From Puccinia triticina (lineage: Eukaryota): a DNA stretch of 64,000 nt. Positions 50,485 to 63,810 of the stretch are shown here, one piece after another (positions within the stretch are counted from its first letter, which is position 1; each line of letters begins with the position of its first letter). The notes beneath the pieces were generated by a model. That model was not told the DNA's origin. It was given only the letters and a program-made list of their open reading frames with translations, and did no database searches. The stretch is taken from NCBI GenBank assembly GCA_026914245.1, contig CP110439.1:6386001-6450000 (forward strand), written 5' to 3'. The translations under genes were made by a program, and so were the position numbers.

Positions 50485-51664
50485 ATTGATATGTGCTTGG
50501 AGGAGTCCTTGGAGCGGCGTCTAATCATAGTATTGCTCCCCACCAACCCGATATATTTAATGCAACTTCAGATCTATTGATAGCACATGTAGACAGTAGA
50601 CTATCATCAAGAATGCTCTCAATCAGGTGTTCTACAAAATCAATAAATATCAATCACATGTATCTCGAAAAAAAGAATAATCTACGCTGACCAAAGCAGC
50701 TTTTCCGGGTTTGTCAGAGGGCCAACTGTGCGAGCTGCGCAGCAGAAAGGCTGAGCCGGGCTGGCTTGCAAATTATGAAGGCGAAAGAATGAGCACGCCC
50801 AGGTGTAGATCATCGCCGGCCAAGATACGAGATCGGTCGGACAGACCGGGCATCCAGCAGGCGCCCGACCACGATCCTTGGAGACCACAGTGGCTGCAGA
50901 AGAGAAGGGTATTCAAAAAGCTTCTCGCAGAATGTGTCGGGTCCGGGTTGCGGGACTCGTCGCGCAGCGTCGGGCTCACTCTGTCCGACAACAGTGGATG
51001 ACTTCCGGTCGAGTCTGGGAGCCTCCCAGACCTGAATTGACACACCCAAGCTCATGATTTTCAGGAAAAAGGAAGGTGTTTTCCCCAAGCCTGTCGTTTA
51101 TTGCTCTCATGTGTGCTGTTGTAGTTCTGGTGGGTGTCTTAATTTAGGAGTTAGAGGGGCACCCAGAGCTCTCTGAATGCCGATGGGAAGTCATAGGGTA
51201 GTCACAGTTTACGAGATGGACCCCCGGCTCATGTGCCATCAAACATCAATCGGGCCCCACCCAACAATCCAACACCCACACAAAAAGAAAGAACCATTAC
51301 ATGGGAGAATGAGGACAACACGAGCCAACGACATACGAAAGAGACGGCCCCCACGCGGCGCCAAGCCCCGTCGACGGCGGGGCCCCAGCATACAAAGACA
51401 TACAAAGTGAGCGCACATATACATGTGTGTAGATGGACAACAACAGGGGCAGCGGCCAGGAGGAGGTGAAGGAGAAAGAGGGGGCCAGAAAGGCCGACAA
51501 AAGGAGACGATCGAGTGCAAGTGTGTGATATATGTGTATATATGTTTTGGGGGTGTGGGAAGTGAGTACATGGACGAAGGTCCGAGGAGGCTGACACACA
51601 CACAAGAGAAACGAAAAGGGCAGGAATACAAGGCCAGAGGGAGGACAGGGGGACGAGGAAGGGT

Positions 51665-54600
51665 CTACGAGATCGCGGGTCTGCGACACACAGGACAAGA
51701 CGCGGCACACGCGACCAACCACTGATCGACACAGGCCCTACACACAAACGATCTCAGCACACTCGCCTCAGAGCCCTTGGTATTGACACAGAGAAAGAGG
51801 ACGCAACTTGTGGAACATGTGCGTGCATGCCAAGATCTCAACCGGGTCCTCGTCGCCGTACTCGTCCAGACAAACTACATCCACGACAAAAGCCCGAATG
51901 GTCTGAGTGCGTGTTTTTATCTGGGAGATGAGGGGAGAGAGAGGGAAGGGACTCAACTGAGGCATTTCTCGAGTGTGTTTTCGAGCACGGAGATCGTGTC
52001 ACTTGCGTCCGATCTCTGCATCTCTTCAGGAGAAAGGATCTGGGGATCATCGGGGGGAGGAGGGGAGACGGGCGAGGGCAGTTTACGATGCTGGCGAACA
52101 TGAGCAAATGTGAATTTCTTGAAGTTATCGGAGCGATCGATCTGAGCCTGAGTGAGCGTGAGCCGGGGCGGTTTGGGGGGGAAGCCAGTGAAGGGCGAGG
52201 AGAGGGTGTTATGGCCGAGGAGCTCTGCGAGCCGGAGCATGGTCTCGTAGTCGAGCAGCTGCTCCTCGATCATGTCTTGCCGTGGCTGGCCATCGCCATC
52301 AACATCATCATTTCCTGACGCGCCGCCCCGTCGCCCGCGTAGTCGACTCATCAGGCCGCCCCGGTCACCTCCCTCTTCCTCGCGAGTGGACGGGTCGGCG
52401 GCCGCGTGGGCCGATTGGAGGCCGTGGGGGATGAACAGGGAGGGGGCGGTGAAGATTGGATGGCTACATGTGTGCAAAAAAACCCCGCCAAAATAATTAA
52501 ACACACGGTCACTCAAGAAGTGTATTAGGGGGGGACTTACGATTCGGGGTAGAGGCCGGCGAGGACGAAGATGAGCCACGAGCGGTGAGGGGGTGTGAAG
52601 GCGTCGGGGCCGAGCGCGGGGGAGGTTGGAGCAGGGACGGCGGGATCGGGCGCAGGGGAAGCGTCGGCGGCGGTGTCTTGGCCGCTCTCGACATCCGACC
52701 AGGCGTCGAACGACTCCTGGCTCTGGTCCTGGAACATCCTGCGCAAGCCGATTGAGCCCTGGCCGAGGCTTTCAGAGGACCGTCGGGCCCCGCCCGGCGC
52801 CCGGTCCTCGTTGGCGGCCCAAAACGCATCCTCCTCCTCGTCGCCGAGCTCGTCTTCTTCGACCGACGGCCCTGACCCGACCGCGGAAGCTCCTGCCCCA
52901 GTCGGCTCGGCTGCTGGGGACACCTGACTCGCCATTCTTTCGAGTGCACCGAGCAACGGGTTGGGAGGCGCAGAGCGCACGCCGACGAGTAGCACCGGAA
53001 TCAGCGCCGGTCTTGCTCCATCCGCACCATCGGTCGTTGTGGGGCCGGCTTGGATCGGCGGGTGGACGCCTTCGAAGCGATGCATTCTGAAAAAGTTGAA
53101 CGACGGTCGCGGGTCGGGCTCATCCGTCTCATCGAGTTCATCCTCTGCCTCCTCCGCAAACGGTAGTTCGGTGGCCATTCGGACTCGTTCGTCCAGCTCC
53201 TGTGGATCAACAGGCGCTGGTTGGCGGGCTCCCAGGGCGGTCAAGATGGCATCGCCCACATCAGCCTGGAGGTCTCTCAAGAACTGTTCGAATGCTCCTA
53301 GGTCAGCATGAGTGGTGAGATTGGCGCCCAAGTCTGGGTTCATGGAGCTCTCTGAAGTGGCGGCTGGGATGTCTTGAGAAGATGGTATGTCTGGGGCTGA
53401 GTGTGGAGATGACGACCGGCGGTGGCTTGGAAGTCCGGTATTAGAGCTATTTGGTCCGGTTCCGCGGGTGTTGGGAGCAGGGCTGGGGGACATGGGTTCG
53501 GTTAGCGGGTCATTGGCGGATTGAGAGGGGGGTGGTGATGTGGGAATAGAGGCGGGTAACGCTGGAGTCGGGAGGGTGGCTGATCGGTGGTCATTGCTAC
53601 TTGAAGCGTGTGGCGAGGAGGCGGGGCTTTGATCGGGTGATGGCTCGGGGCTGGCGTTGACGAGCGCGCCTCCAAAGGCAGCCCTGAGGGCATCGCGAAG
53701 CGTGGTTTGCAGTCCCGCGTGAGAATCGTGCTCGTTGTCGGAAGTCTCTTGGCTGAGGTTGGGATGGTTCCCCGTGGGTGAGGCTGGGCGGATCCGGGCT
53801 GATGAGGAGGGTAAATCGGTTGGATGCGAAGCAGATCGAGGGCGAGAGCGGGGCTGGTGGTCATGGGGAGGATTCTGAATGGAGGTGCCATCAGCATGGA
53901 TAGCATAGGGGAGAAGTGAGGAAGCTGTTGCGGCGGCAGCGGCAGAGAGTAATCTGGATATCATCGTGGCTTGCTCGAGTTGTACTTGGGATGGCGAGAT
54001 TCGAGTGTGTGAAATCAAGCCGGTGGTGGCCGTGTTGGGAGAGTCGGAGTCGGAGGGATGTGGCGGGTCGATTTCTTGAGGAGATGAGTCGTGTTGTGAT
54101 GGATGAAGAGATTGATCATCGGAGGGGTCGCTTGTTGGATCGGGATGGTCGGATGGGATGATGGTAGGCTGAGCAGCTGATGGGGTAAGCTGATGATGAG
54201 CTTGGGTGGGGGCCGATGGGGATGCAGAGGTCTCAGCGACGTTGCGGACGACGACCATGCCCTGTACATAGATCCTCCTAGCTGGTGTTTGGCTTCCCGT
54301 TGCTGCCGATCGGTCGGCAGCAGGGCTTGTGTCAGCTTCGGGGTCGGGAAGAGGGGCAGGGTGGGCAGGTTGAGATGGCTGCTGGTCAGGAAGAAGAAAA
54401 CAGAGGGCATCAGTTGCGAGCGTGATGACAAGGATAAGCTGTATGGACTTTACCTCTGTCGAGGACTCGTCCGGGTCGGGTGGGATGGGTGATGGGGGTT
54501 GGGTTGGAGGGTGGGCTGGTTCTGCTGGGGATATGCTGCTGGCTGGGCCCGGGGGAGGTTGAGGTTCGCTGTTGGTTGGTTGTTCGATCGATCGATTGCT

Positions 54601-54819
54601 GGGACTAGTGCTGTTCGGCGTGGGCTGTGGCTGGCTGAGCTGGGTTGCTGGGCGCGGTGTTCTGGGTGATGATCGGTGTCTGAATGGGTTCCAGGATGAT
54701 TTTGTTGTAGTAGTCGTTCTGCGTGCGTTCCGCCTGCGTCGTTTGATCGATTGGAGGATGGATGAGTGATGGCGAGGCTGCTGTTGTTGGTCTCTGGTTG
54801 ATGAGCTGCTCTGTCCCAT
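51665..54819 (-). CDS. RING-H2 E3 ubiquitin ligase with a long disordered N-terminus
   Basis: 760-codon first ORF starting MGQSSS. Spliced C-terminus reads KCLICLDEYGDEDPVEILACTHMFHKACVDQWLVACAASCPVCRRPAIS*. Confidence 0.85.
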
Positions 54820-55209
54820 CGTTCTCCCACTTTCGCCTGTTGACCGTTTCTGTCGTGTTGGTTCTGGGTTGTTCCTCTTGTTGACCGTCGCTGGGTTTCT
54901 TATACATATCCTGGGGCTGCTTAGGTAATCAATCCAGCTACGTCATCCCAAGCCAAACTGCCAAGACATAAATACATACAGACTCCAACCACATACATAC
55001 TCTTGATAGACAATATTCCTCCAGGTGACGTTGACTTGTATAGTTTGTAGTAAAAATTGGCACTTTAGGCAACAGAAAGGGACCAATTTTTCATAAGCCT
55101 ACTGATTCTGATCATTCATTGTTAAAGATTGTCCAGAATTATCATTTATGAAAGAAATTTTATACATTTTTTGATGTTCCACATTACTTTTTATTTTGTG
55201 ATATTCATT

Positions 55210-55760
55210 TATGGTGTTCAAAGTTGGTTTGCATAATTTTATGCATGCATAAATCGTAAAATCATAAAATCTTTTTTGCAGGGGATATGACTGTCTGATT
55301 AAGGGGGTTCACAATAGGATTTTAATAAAATTTTAAAGCTCGTTTTAAGGCCTTTATGAACAATGTTTTGGATTTTTTTTAAGCTGTTCACATTTGGATG
55401 TTCCTTGGCAATCAGAGCAACTTCTACGTTTTCTGAAAATTGGTTCACAAAGTCCTTAAAATGGGCTCTAAAGTTTTATTAAAATCCTATTGTGAACCCC
55501 CCTATTATGTAAGACAAAATTTCCTCACCAAAATAGTTTTATGATTATATGATTTATGCATGCATAAAATTATGCAAACCAACTTTGAACACCATAATTT
55601 ATGGTATTCAAAATTGCATAAGATTTTTTTACATAAAATCATACACTCCAATTTTGGCTGGGAGATGTCACTTTAAGTTTTATGCACGCTGACATCTCCC
55701 AGCCAAAATTGGTTTTATGATTTTATGTAAATAGTGACATATGCAATTTTGAATACCATA
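55210..55760. mobile_element. Two adjacent TATGG...CCATA MITEs (55210-55596 and 55600-55760); the first carries a small insertion at about 55302-55504
   Basis: TIRs are visible. The insert AGGGGGTTCACAATAGGA...TCCTATTGTGAACCCCC sits at a TTA site that is empty in the related copy near 45685. Confidence 0.8.
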
Positions 55761-55933
55761 TTCTGAAGTCATGATCCACACACCCATCCTCATACCCTCA
55801 TTACTTCAGGTTTGTTGGTTGGGCTTCTTTAAGCTGTTGGGGGTACAGATATATCTATCAAAGTACTGTACTTGGTGTCACATGCTATGTACGTACAAGC
55901 ATCTCTGTATGAAATGTGTAATTGGCAACATTC

Positions 55934-58900
55934 TAACTTAACACAAGTCCCCCTGGTGGGAGGCTCGCTGTGGCTGGCGGCAAAGCTGCCCCTCCCGCAG
56001 GGAGGGACTTGCGCATTATCCCAAATTTTACGCGGGAGCAGAAAGTTCATTTGGCTGAGAGGTTTTTAAAATTTTTATAGCTCCTCCCCCAGCCTCTCCA
56101 CCAAAATGCCCTATCTGTACCCTATGCTACTTTTCTTTCTCTACAATTTGGTCTACTCAGATTTTTTCTATCACAATCTGTTGACCTTTTCAAAAGATTA
56201 AAAATGCACAGGTCTTCCAAATGAGGCTCCACTTGTTTGGGACTCCAGGAGTTGCTTTTCTGGCTACAAGATAGATAAGTGACTTAAATTCCTTGCAAGA
56301 ACAGAACCTACAACTCTGTGTATTCAGTTTTTTTATATTAGTTGGGACTTGTAGTGTAGTAGATCCTTTCTGCTCCTGCTTAAATCAAGACTTAACTCAT
56401 AAGCCTCTCCTGCAGAGAGCCCTCTGGGCGGGGTCCCCCGGACCCTCCGCCTGAGAGGCTTTGTTAAGCTAGGGCAACATTTCATACAAGAAAGAATAGA
56501 ATACACTGGGCAAAAAGCCAAAATATGGAGTAAAGACATAGATTGTTGAATTCACTGTAATGTGCTCTTGCCCCATATAATAAGGGGGTCCACAACTGAC
56601 TTATCACAGGTCCCTTGCTTCAGAGGGCCCTGGTACAGTCGTGCAAAGCGCGAGACTTTTGGCTTGAGAGCTTTCAGTGTTTTGGTGGGAGTTTTTTCAC
56701 GCTCCCCTTTCAGGTTTCTTCTCCTTGTGTAATTGTATTGTCTGTGGTCCCAGATTAAAGGCCTGATTTCTCTTTTTCTTTTGGTGGGAATCACCACTTT
56801 TTCCCCCTTCACAAACTCCTTCCATCCCCCTTTGAAGTTTGTGATTTGTTGTGTTTGACCATAAGAAGGGCAACACTCTCCTTCAAGTGTAGATATCACA
56901 AAAGTTAAACTACATTGAAGCTGAGATGCTCAGCTATCCACTGCACTTCAGCTTGCTGACTCACAATGAGTGTGCGCTGTGTAAGGTCAATTTGATTCAA
57001 AAAGCTGGCCAAAAGCCATGATTTTCCTGAAGCTCTGATGCAGAAAAAAGCCAATAACTCAAAAGCCTCCCATTGGGAACAGGAGATGCTTTGCATTGGG
57101 GCGCTCTGCACCCCGAGTCCTGGGAGGCTTAGTTAAGTCAGGTTCACAATAGGGTAAAAATAAGGGTCAGCCTTTTTGCACACCAAAAAATTCCCCTGCA
57201 CACACTAAAAAGGTGTGCAAGTCTGTGCACATCACATTACTTGGTGTGCATGTCTGTGCACTCCAAGTTTCATGAAGGCATGTATGTGCACTCCAAGGTC
57301 CATGGAGTGCAGGTCAGGCACTCCAAAGACCACACTTTCCTGTAGTTCTCAATGACCAGTCAATGCTGGTCATCAGAAGGACTCATCCCTCTCAATGACC
57401 GGTATAGACCAATCATCAGGAGGACTCATCCCCCTCAATGACCTGTATTGACTGGTCATTGGGAGGACTCATCCCTCCTCTCAATGACCAGTCTGTCTCG
57501 GTCATCAAGAAGGATGAGTCCACCCAATGATCAGGACTGGTCATCAAGAGGGTTGTTTCCTGTTGATGTAAAGGCCTTAAAATTGGAGTTCTTGAATGTT
57601 ACAATTCTGAGTCCAGGTAAAAAAGATGGGTTGGGGGTAACAAAAATGAGTAGAATGATTAGAGATGTCACATTGTACCCAGGTACCTGTTCAGGTACCC
57701 GGGTACCCCTCTTGAATTCCAGGATTTTTGTTTGGATTTGACTGAGAGCCACACAAACAGGAGACAAGAAATGAGCTGGAGGCTTGAGATGTGGCAGTGA
57801 GGATGAGGTGCTCACCAGATGCGGCTCAATGCAGGGCACGGAGAGAAAAGAGGAGAACCAATGGGGCTTGATTGCTTTGTACTAGGCTAGCTAAAATAGA
57901 CAATGTACCAGAGGTCAAGTTGTGGTAAAGAGCATGTTGAATATGAGAGACTGAGTGAAGTGAATAGAAAGAACTGGAAGTCTCAATCAGGGATATCACA
58001 AATGATTCAAGTCTGTCACAAACAGAGATGGCACAAGCGAGAGCATGAGAAGTATTGGGAAAGTTTGATGATCTAATCTTGGCAGGGAACAAAGTCAACA
58101 AGGCAAGTATGGATAGCAAACATGACCACTAAATAACGGCAGACCATAGGATGTGAGAGAGAATAAGAGGTTAAAGAGAATGGATCAGTTGGAGTCAGGG
58201 AGATTGGAAAGGAAGGGGAATGAAGGCAGAAGGCAAGAAGAGAATAGTCCAGAAGACAAGAATTCAACAATTTTAAACACCCATATCCGCACTGCCACCC
58301 AGCACCCATTGATGGATACCTGCTGGATTAACTAAGCCTCTCAAACCAAGGGTCCCGGGAACCTGCCCAGAGGGCTCTCCGTGGGAGAGGCTGGCAGGGA
58401 AAGGAAGGATATTCAACACCCAAATCACTGGAAAATTATTTCAAAATTAACCAAATATGTACAAGGGAAACTGAATGAACAGATTTATGGAAAGTACTGA
58501 TGTGCACCCACACCAGTGAAAATCTCAAAAACTGATGGAAGGAATATGTTTTGAAGTTCAAAGGAATCCCAAAGGATGTTCCATTGCTCTGAAGATCCAT
58601 TTTCAGATTTTCTGCAAATCTGCAAGATTGAATATCATATCTGCAAGAAAATGTAAAAATTGGGTGGCTACAGGTGTAGGATCTGCAGATATCTTTGTGT
58701 TTGTGAATCCAAGATCCACAAGGCATGAGCATTGCAGATCATTGGTTTACATTTCTTTGTATGTTTTTTATTTTTAAAGGATTATTACAGCAAAAATGGT
58801 AGGGATTGCAGAGATGAGAACCAATTTGAAAGCTGGGGTGAAGAAGTGTATTTTGGATTTGGGGTAGGTCCATAGGAGCTGAGGAGGAGGCTGGGTGAGG

Positions 58901-59036
58901 CTAAACATTTTTCCTCCAGCCATTCATGATTTCTTTCTCATCCAAATTTTACAAGTACCTCCCTGTCCCTGTGGGAGGGGCTGCTTTGTTGCCAGCCAAA
59001 GTGAGCCTCCCACCAGGGAGGACTTGTGTTAAGCTA
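55934..59036. mobile_element. About 3.1-kb degenerate TIR element
   Basis: CTTAACACAAGTCCCCCTGGTGGGAGGCTC is inverted at 58965-59036. A second inverted pair lies at 56401-56470 and 58330-58392. TSD unclear. Confidence 0.6.
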
Positions 59037-59110
59037 AGGTACCTGGGTGAGAATGGCAGGTACCTGCTATTACTTGCACTTATTTTTTGGAAAACAAAAA
59101 TTTGCCAGAA

Positions 59111-61233
59111 TAGACCAGCCATTGGCAGGAATCAGCCCTCCCAATGGCCGGTACAGAACAGTCATCAAGAGGATATACCCCTTTCAATGAATGCTACAGA
59201 CAGGTCATCAAGAGAAGAGTAAAACTCCTCTTGATAACTGGTCTATTCCGGTCATCAAGAGAAGAGTAAAACCCTCTTGATAGCCAGTCTATTCCGGTCA
59301 CCAAGAGAAGAGTAAAACCCTCTTGATAACCAGTCTATTCCGGTCATCAAGAGAAGAGTAAAACCCCTCTTGATAACCTGTCTATTCCGGTCATCAAGAG
59401 GTTCAATCCTCCTGAATACATGTACCAAAACAGCTTTGGGAGCTATTATTCCTTGTGATGGATGGATAGACCGTTCATTGAGAGGGCTGTGTCCCATTGA
59501 TGACCAGTGTAGAAATAAAGGCTGGCCTTGGTCAGAAATCTCTGAATCTGCCTCCTTGAAGATTTTTTTTTTGGGATTGAGTGATTATCAATGATGTCTG
59601 CTCAGCAGCACTACTTTCAACTAATCTTCAGCACTCTGCTATGAGCCTGATATTTAGTGTAATAATCTGTGCATGGTCAAGCTCCGCACTCCACAACAGC
59701 AAGTAAGAATAAGGGTAATGTAAAACTCTTCTAATACTCTCCATTCCATACCATCTGTGTAAGTTGAAATGATGAGTTGTAAGTAAAATGATAAAAAGAA
59801 GAGAAACCATGAAACCCTTTTTGCTCCTCTGCATCCATTCCCCCCTGAATCTGCACTAGTCCGCCATCTCTGCCCAACATCCACATGCTATAGTACACTC
59901 CCAGGCCCGCGGCTCTCTGGCGCTTGCCCTACTGTGTCCTCTGTTCAGATCCTGACAGTCAGTATCTCACCAGCGCCTCTGCCCTAGCTCCACCAGCTTC
60001 AGCTGCCGCGCCGGTGCTATGTATCCAGTCCACACCTTTGGTACACCACATTTCATCTCTCACCCTCCACTCTGGTCCACTTATGCATTTGCACATGCTT
60101 TCTGAAGTCACCAAATGCGCGGCAAACTCAGCAGTTTGAGGCTTGCTGGTTTGAAGAGCAGGAAAGATGCAAGTAAACTGATTTGTGGATCCATTGCAGG
60201 GAGGAGGAGGTCTGTTTATAGACCAAGGGATGGAACGGCTGGACAATCAGAAGAAGGAGATATGAGATAGGATCTGAGGAAACTCATTGGATGAGCTCGT
60301 AGGGATCCAAGAGGACAAAAAAGATTGACTGGACTTGGAGAAGTCCAGTTGAGATAGCTATGCTAATGTACATGAGTTAGGATATAAGTATGAAAGAGGC
60401 TCTGATTTAAGCATGCCACAAACAGAAGTATATCAGGGGTTGGCCAAGAGCAGCAAAACAAAGATGTATGAATATACAAGCTAGTTTTGAATTGGTGGTA
60501 GATAGTAAGTAAAATAGGAAGCCAAGAGCGGTGTATAAAGAGAAGAGATGGCAAGAGCCATTAACTTTTGAGGAATGTGGAAGTGGAGGCTTCACATAAG
60601 CGTGTGCATTCCCTCCCACGCTATTGCCAAGTATAAATTCCATCAACACTTGTCCATATAAACCACCACACTGGTACAGACTGGGCCATCAAGAGGGCTG
60701 ATTCTGGGAGGAATCATCTCCCTTGATGAATGTTCTGTACCAACGGTGGGTAGTTACAATACGCTACAATAACAGCCGTTATCTGTGTAGCTGAAAGCTT
60801 ACCGTTACTGTGTTCAGGTGTTAGTGCTACTAGTAACAAGTGATTTTAACCGCAGGCCCGTATTGTAACAGGCCTGATTTATTTTGGTGTGTTACTTGCG
60901 TTACTAGTAGCGTAACACGTTAACCACTGGTTAACAAGATAAAGAGGGGCAAATGGCCCCCTCTGGCTACTAGATAGTCCAATATCTGCCTGTCCGTGCA
61001 GTCAGATATTGCAATGGATTTCAAAAATAAACTTCTTGGGTGTGCAATATTGTAACACACTTCTGTTACCATTAACATTAACAAGCAAAAAATTGTTATA
61101 ATATTGGTATGTTACCAATAACCATACCGTACCTACCCATTTTTGTCTGTACCAGTCATTGAGAGGGTTGTGTCCCTCAATGACCGGTGTGCACCAGTCA
61201 TTGAGGGAGCTGATTCTGCCAATGGCTGGTCTA
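59111..61233. mobile_element. TAGA...TCTA TIR element with palindromic subterminal arrays
   Basis: TAGACCAGCCATTGGCAG pairs with CTGCCAATGGCTGGTCTA. No TSD found. Confidence 0.6.
60741..61145. mobile_element. CAAC-type MITE with 7-bp TSD
   Basis: CAACGGTGGGTAG / CTACCCATTTTTG and TSD TCTGTAC. Confidence 0.8.
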
Positions 61234-61420
61234 GCGGTATGGAGCTCCTACGGTGTCAGACCGTAGGCAGCTCTGTGAGGGGAAAGTGCTGTGTTCCTTG
61301 TGGCAGTACGTAAAATCTTGAGCAGAAATAGAATAGAAACCAATAGCAGGGATGGGTGTGGAATTTGTTTAGAGACAAAGGGGGGTGGATACCCTTGGTG
61401 GAGGAAATAGGTCCTACAAA

Positions 61421-61892
61421 CAACACTGGGTCGCTACGCTAACCATAGCGGTTAGCGTAGCGTAGCGCAGCGCGAATGCGCTATTTTTTAGCGTAGCGTT
61501 AGCGCAATTGCACGCATATGCGCTAACGCTACGCGCACGCGGTGCGCAGCTATTTTAGCTGATAGCGTAGCGTTAGCGCAGATGCGCGCAATTGCGCTAA
61601 CGCTAAACATGCAGGGCGCAAAAGAGCGCGCGCTACGCTGCGCTACAGCGCCTTTAGCGGGAAAAAAGGGCTTTTTTTCCGCTAAAAGCGCTGTAGCGCA
61701 GCGTAGCGTAGCGACTGTAGCGGCGGGCTAACGCTAACAAAGAATTGGCGCGCTGTTAGCGCCGCTGAAAATTAGCGCAGCGTAGCGGCGCTAACAGCGC
61801 GCTAACGCTATGCAAAATAGATGGGCGCTTTTTGCCGCTACGCTAACGCATAGCGCTGAAATAGCGTAGCGTAGCGTAGCGACCCAGTGTTG
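61421..61892. mobile_element. CAAC...GTTG MITE rich in GCGTA/TAGCG motifs, 7-bp TSD
   Basis: TIR CAACACTGGGTCGCTACGCTA and TSD CTACAAA. Confidence 0.9.
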
Positions 61893-61924
61893 CTACAAAC
61901 GGGGTCGGGGAGGCGGAGGAAGGA

Positions 61925-62390
61925 CAACGGTGGGCCAGCTACGCTAACCGTAGAGTTAGCGTGGCGTAGCGTGGCGGAATTTTGCTAAATTTTAGTGTAG
62001 CATTAGCGAATTGCGCCTTCTCTGCGCTAACGCTACGCGCAAAGGGTGCGCAGCTAATTTGGCTGTTAGCGTAGCGTTAGCGCAGATGCGCGCAATTTCG
62101 CTAACGCTACACACGCAGGGCGCAAAAGAGCGCGCGCTACGGTGCGCCACAGTGCTTTTAGCTGAAAAAAAGGCCTTTTTTCCGCTAAAAGCGCTGTAGC
62201 GCAGCGTGGTGACTGTAGCGGCGCGGTAACACCAACAAACAATTGGCTCGCCGTTAGCGCCGCTGAAAATTAGCGCAGCGTAGCGGCGCTAACAGCGCGC
62301 TAACGCTACTCAAAATGGGCGGGCGCTTTTTGCCGCTACACTAACGCGAAGTGGACCTGTAGCGTAGTGTAGTGTAGCGACCCACTGTTG
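61925..62390. mobile_element. Second, more diverged copy of the same MITE
   Basis: Colinear with 61421-61892; TSD GGAAGGA/GGAAGAA. Confidence 0.85.
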
Positions 62391-63439
62391 GGAAGAATGC
62401 GCAAAGTTCAAACTATGAAGGTTGTGGAGCTTGGGATCAAGGAAGCAGAAAAGAATCAGGGTGCAAGGCCCGCGCCTGGCACAAGTATCACAACCCAATC
62501 ACAGACCAACCCAGACCCGCACTCTTAGTCCAGTATCCCCCACTCCCTCCTAGCTCAGTAGAGAACCACGACTGACTTCATTTCTACTGAGCTAGGTAAG
62601 CCTCTCTCCCCTTCCTTTCTTCACTACTGTTCTATTCACCTTATCTTGTTGTATATAGTGGAGAACCACGACTGACTTCATTTCTACTGAGCTAGTGCAA
62701 TATAACTTGGGTTCTAGAAATTTTGGTTCTCTCCAAGACATCACGGTGTGAGAACTCCTTTGGGATGGGTTGGCAGTCCTTTGAGGGGGAAATAACAATA
62801 TGATATTCCAGCTAAGTAATACTACTGTTGCGGGTGGTTTGAAAGACCTGCCCCTCTATTATACTACAGAATTCTGACAACAAATTTATTTATTGTTGTG
62901 GCGTGACTTTTATGACAGAGAAAACTTGTATGTAGTAGTCTCTATCAGACCTAGATCAGTTTTAACAAGTACAAGATGCGTATACAACCTCTATATGGCG
63001 AGATGGGCAAATAATGTAATCAAGTGAGAATATGTTTTGTTGGGTTTTTGATGGTTTCAGCAGAGAGAAATGATGATGGAGTGTGGTATGAGATTTCTAT
63101 GTTAATGTATGATGACTGTGTCTTCCGTGATGATAGCAAAAATGATGACTGGTGACCACTGAGCTGGGGTGCCTGGGTGATGCTGGAAAAATGGTGGGAG
63201 GAGGGCCTCCTTATATATTTTTTTCTGAGGCATTTTTGCTGGTGAGGGCTGCACTCGAGGCATTTCTGCTGGTGGTGACCCTGTGGATTGCACTGCCTTC
63301 TGCAAGGGGTGCATAACTTAAACTGATGTTCTGCATGACAATGTGTGATTTGTACTTTTTAAGGCAAAGGCCGCCTAGGTTGGTTGCACTGCCAAAGTGG
63401 AGGCTTTCTGACCGCATGCATCGATGTAAGGTCCGCGCA

Positions 63440-63810
63440 AATCTGTTGAGTTGTTGAGTGGAGGCCTAGTTGCTGCAGTTTCCAACGCGCAGGTTGCGTG
63501 AGGTGATCTGTAGCTAATAGTGGAGGCCTGCCTAACTAGTAAATCTAACTATACTCTTCTGTATATGCATCCCTTTTATGATTTATATGACTTTCCACCT
63601 GGGTATGGCCTGTACTAAACCTATAATTGTAACTAACTTCTAAACTAAAAGAGCTAGCTGGGTAGTTGAAGTGAGTGACTAGGGTTACGTTTGTATGTAG
63701 AATCTATTTCTCTAATAATATTCTATTATATGCTAGTATTGTAGGCTGTAAGTTGAGGTTTTGACAGTTTTGTTGCACGCAACAGATCTGGATCACCACA
63801 TCCCCCCCCC
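63440..63810 (-). mobile_element. Possible 3' LTR and polypurine tract of a retrotransposon extending beyond the window
   Basis: Minus strand GGGGGGGGGA is followed directly by TGTGGTGATCC at 63800. The left boundary is approximate. Confidence 0.45.

Noticed and set aside
52595..54769. Numerous plus-strand and alternate-frame ORFs over the RING-H2 gene (similar ones overlie aconitase)
   Set aside because: Shadow ORFs of GC-rich coding sequence.
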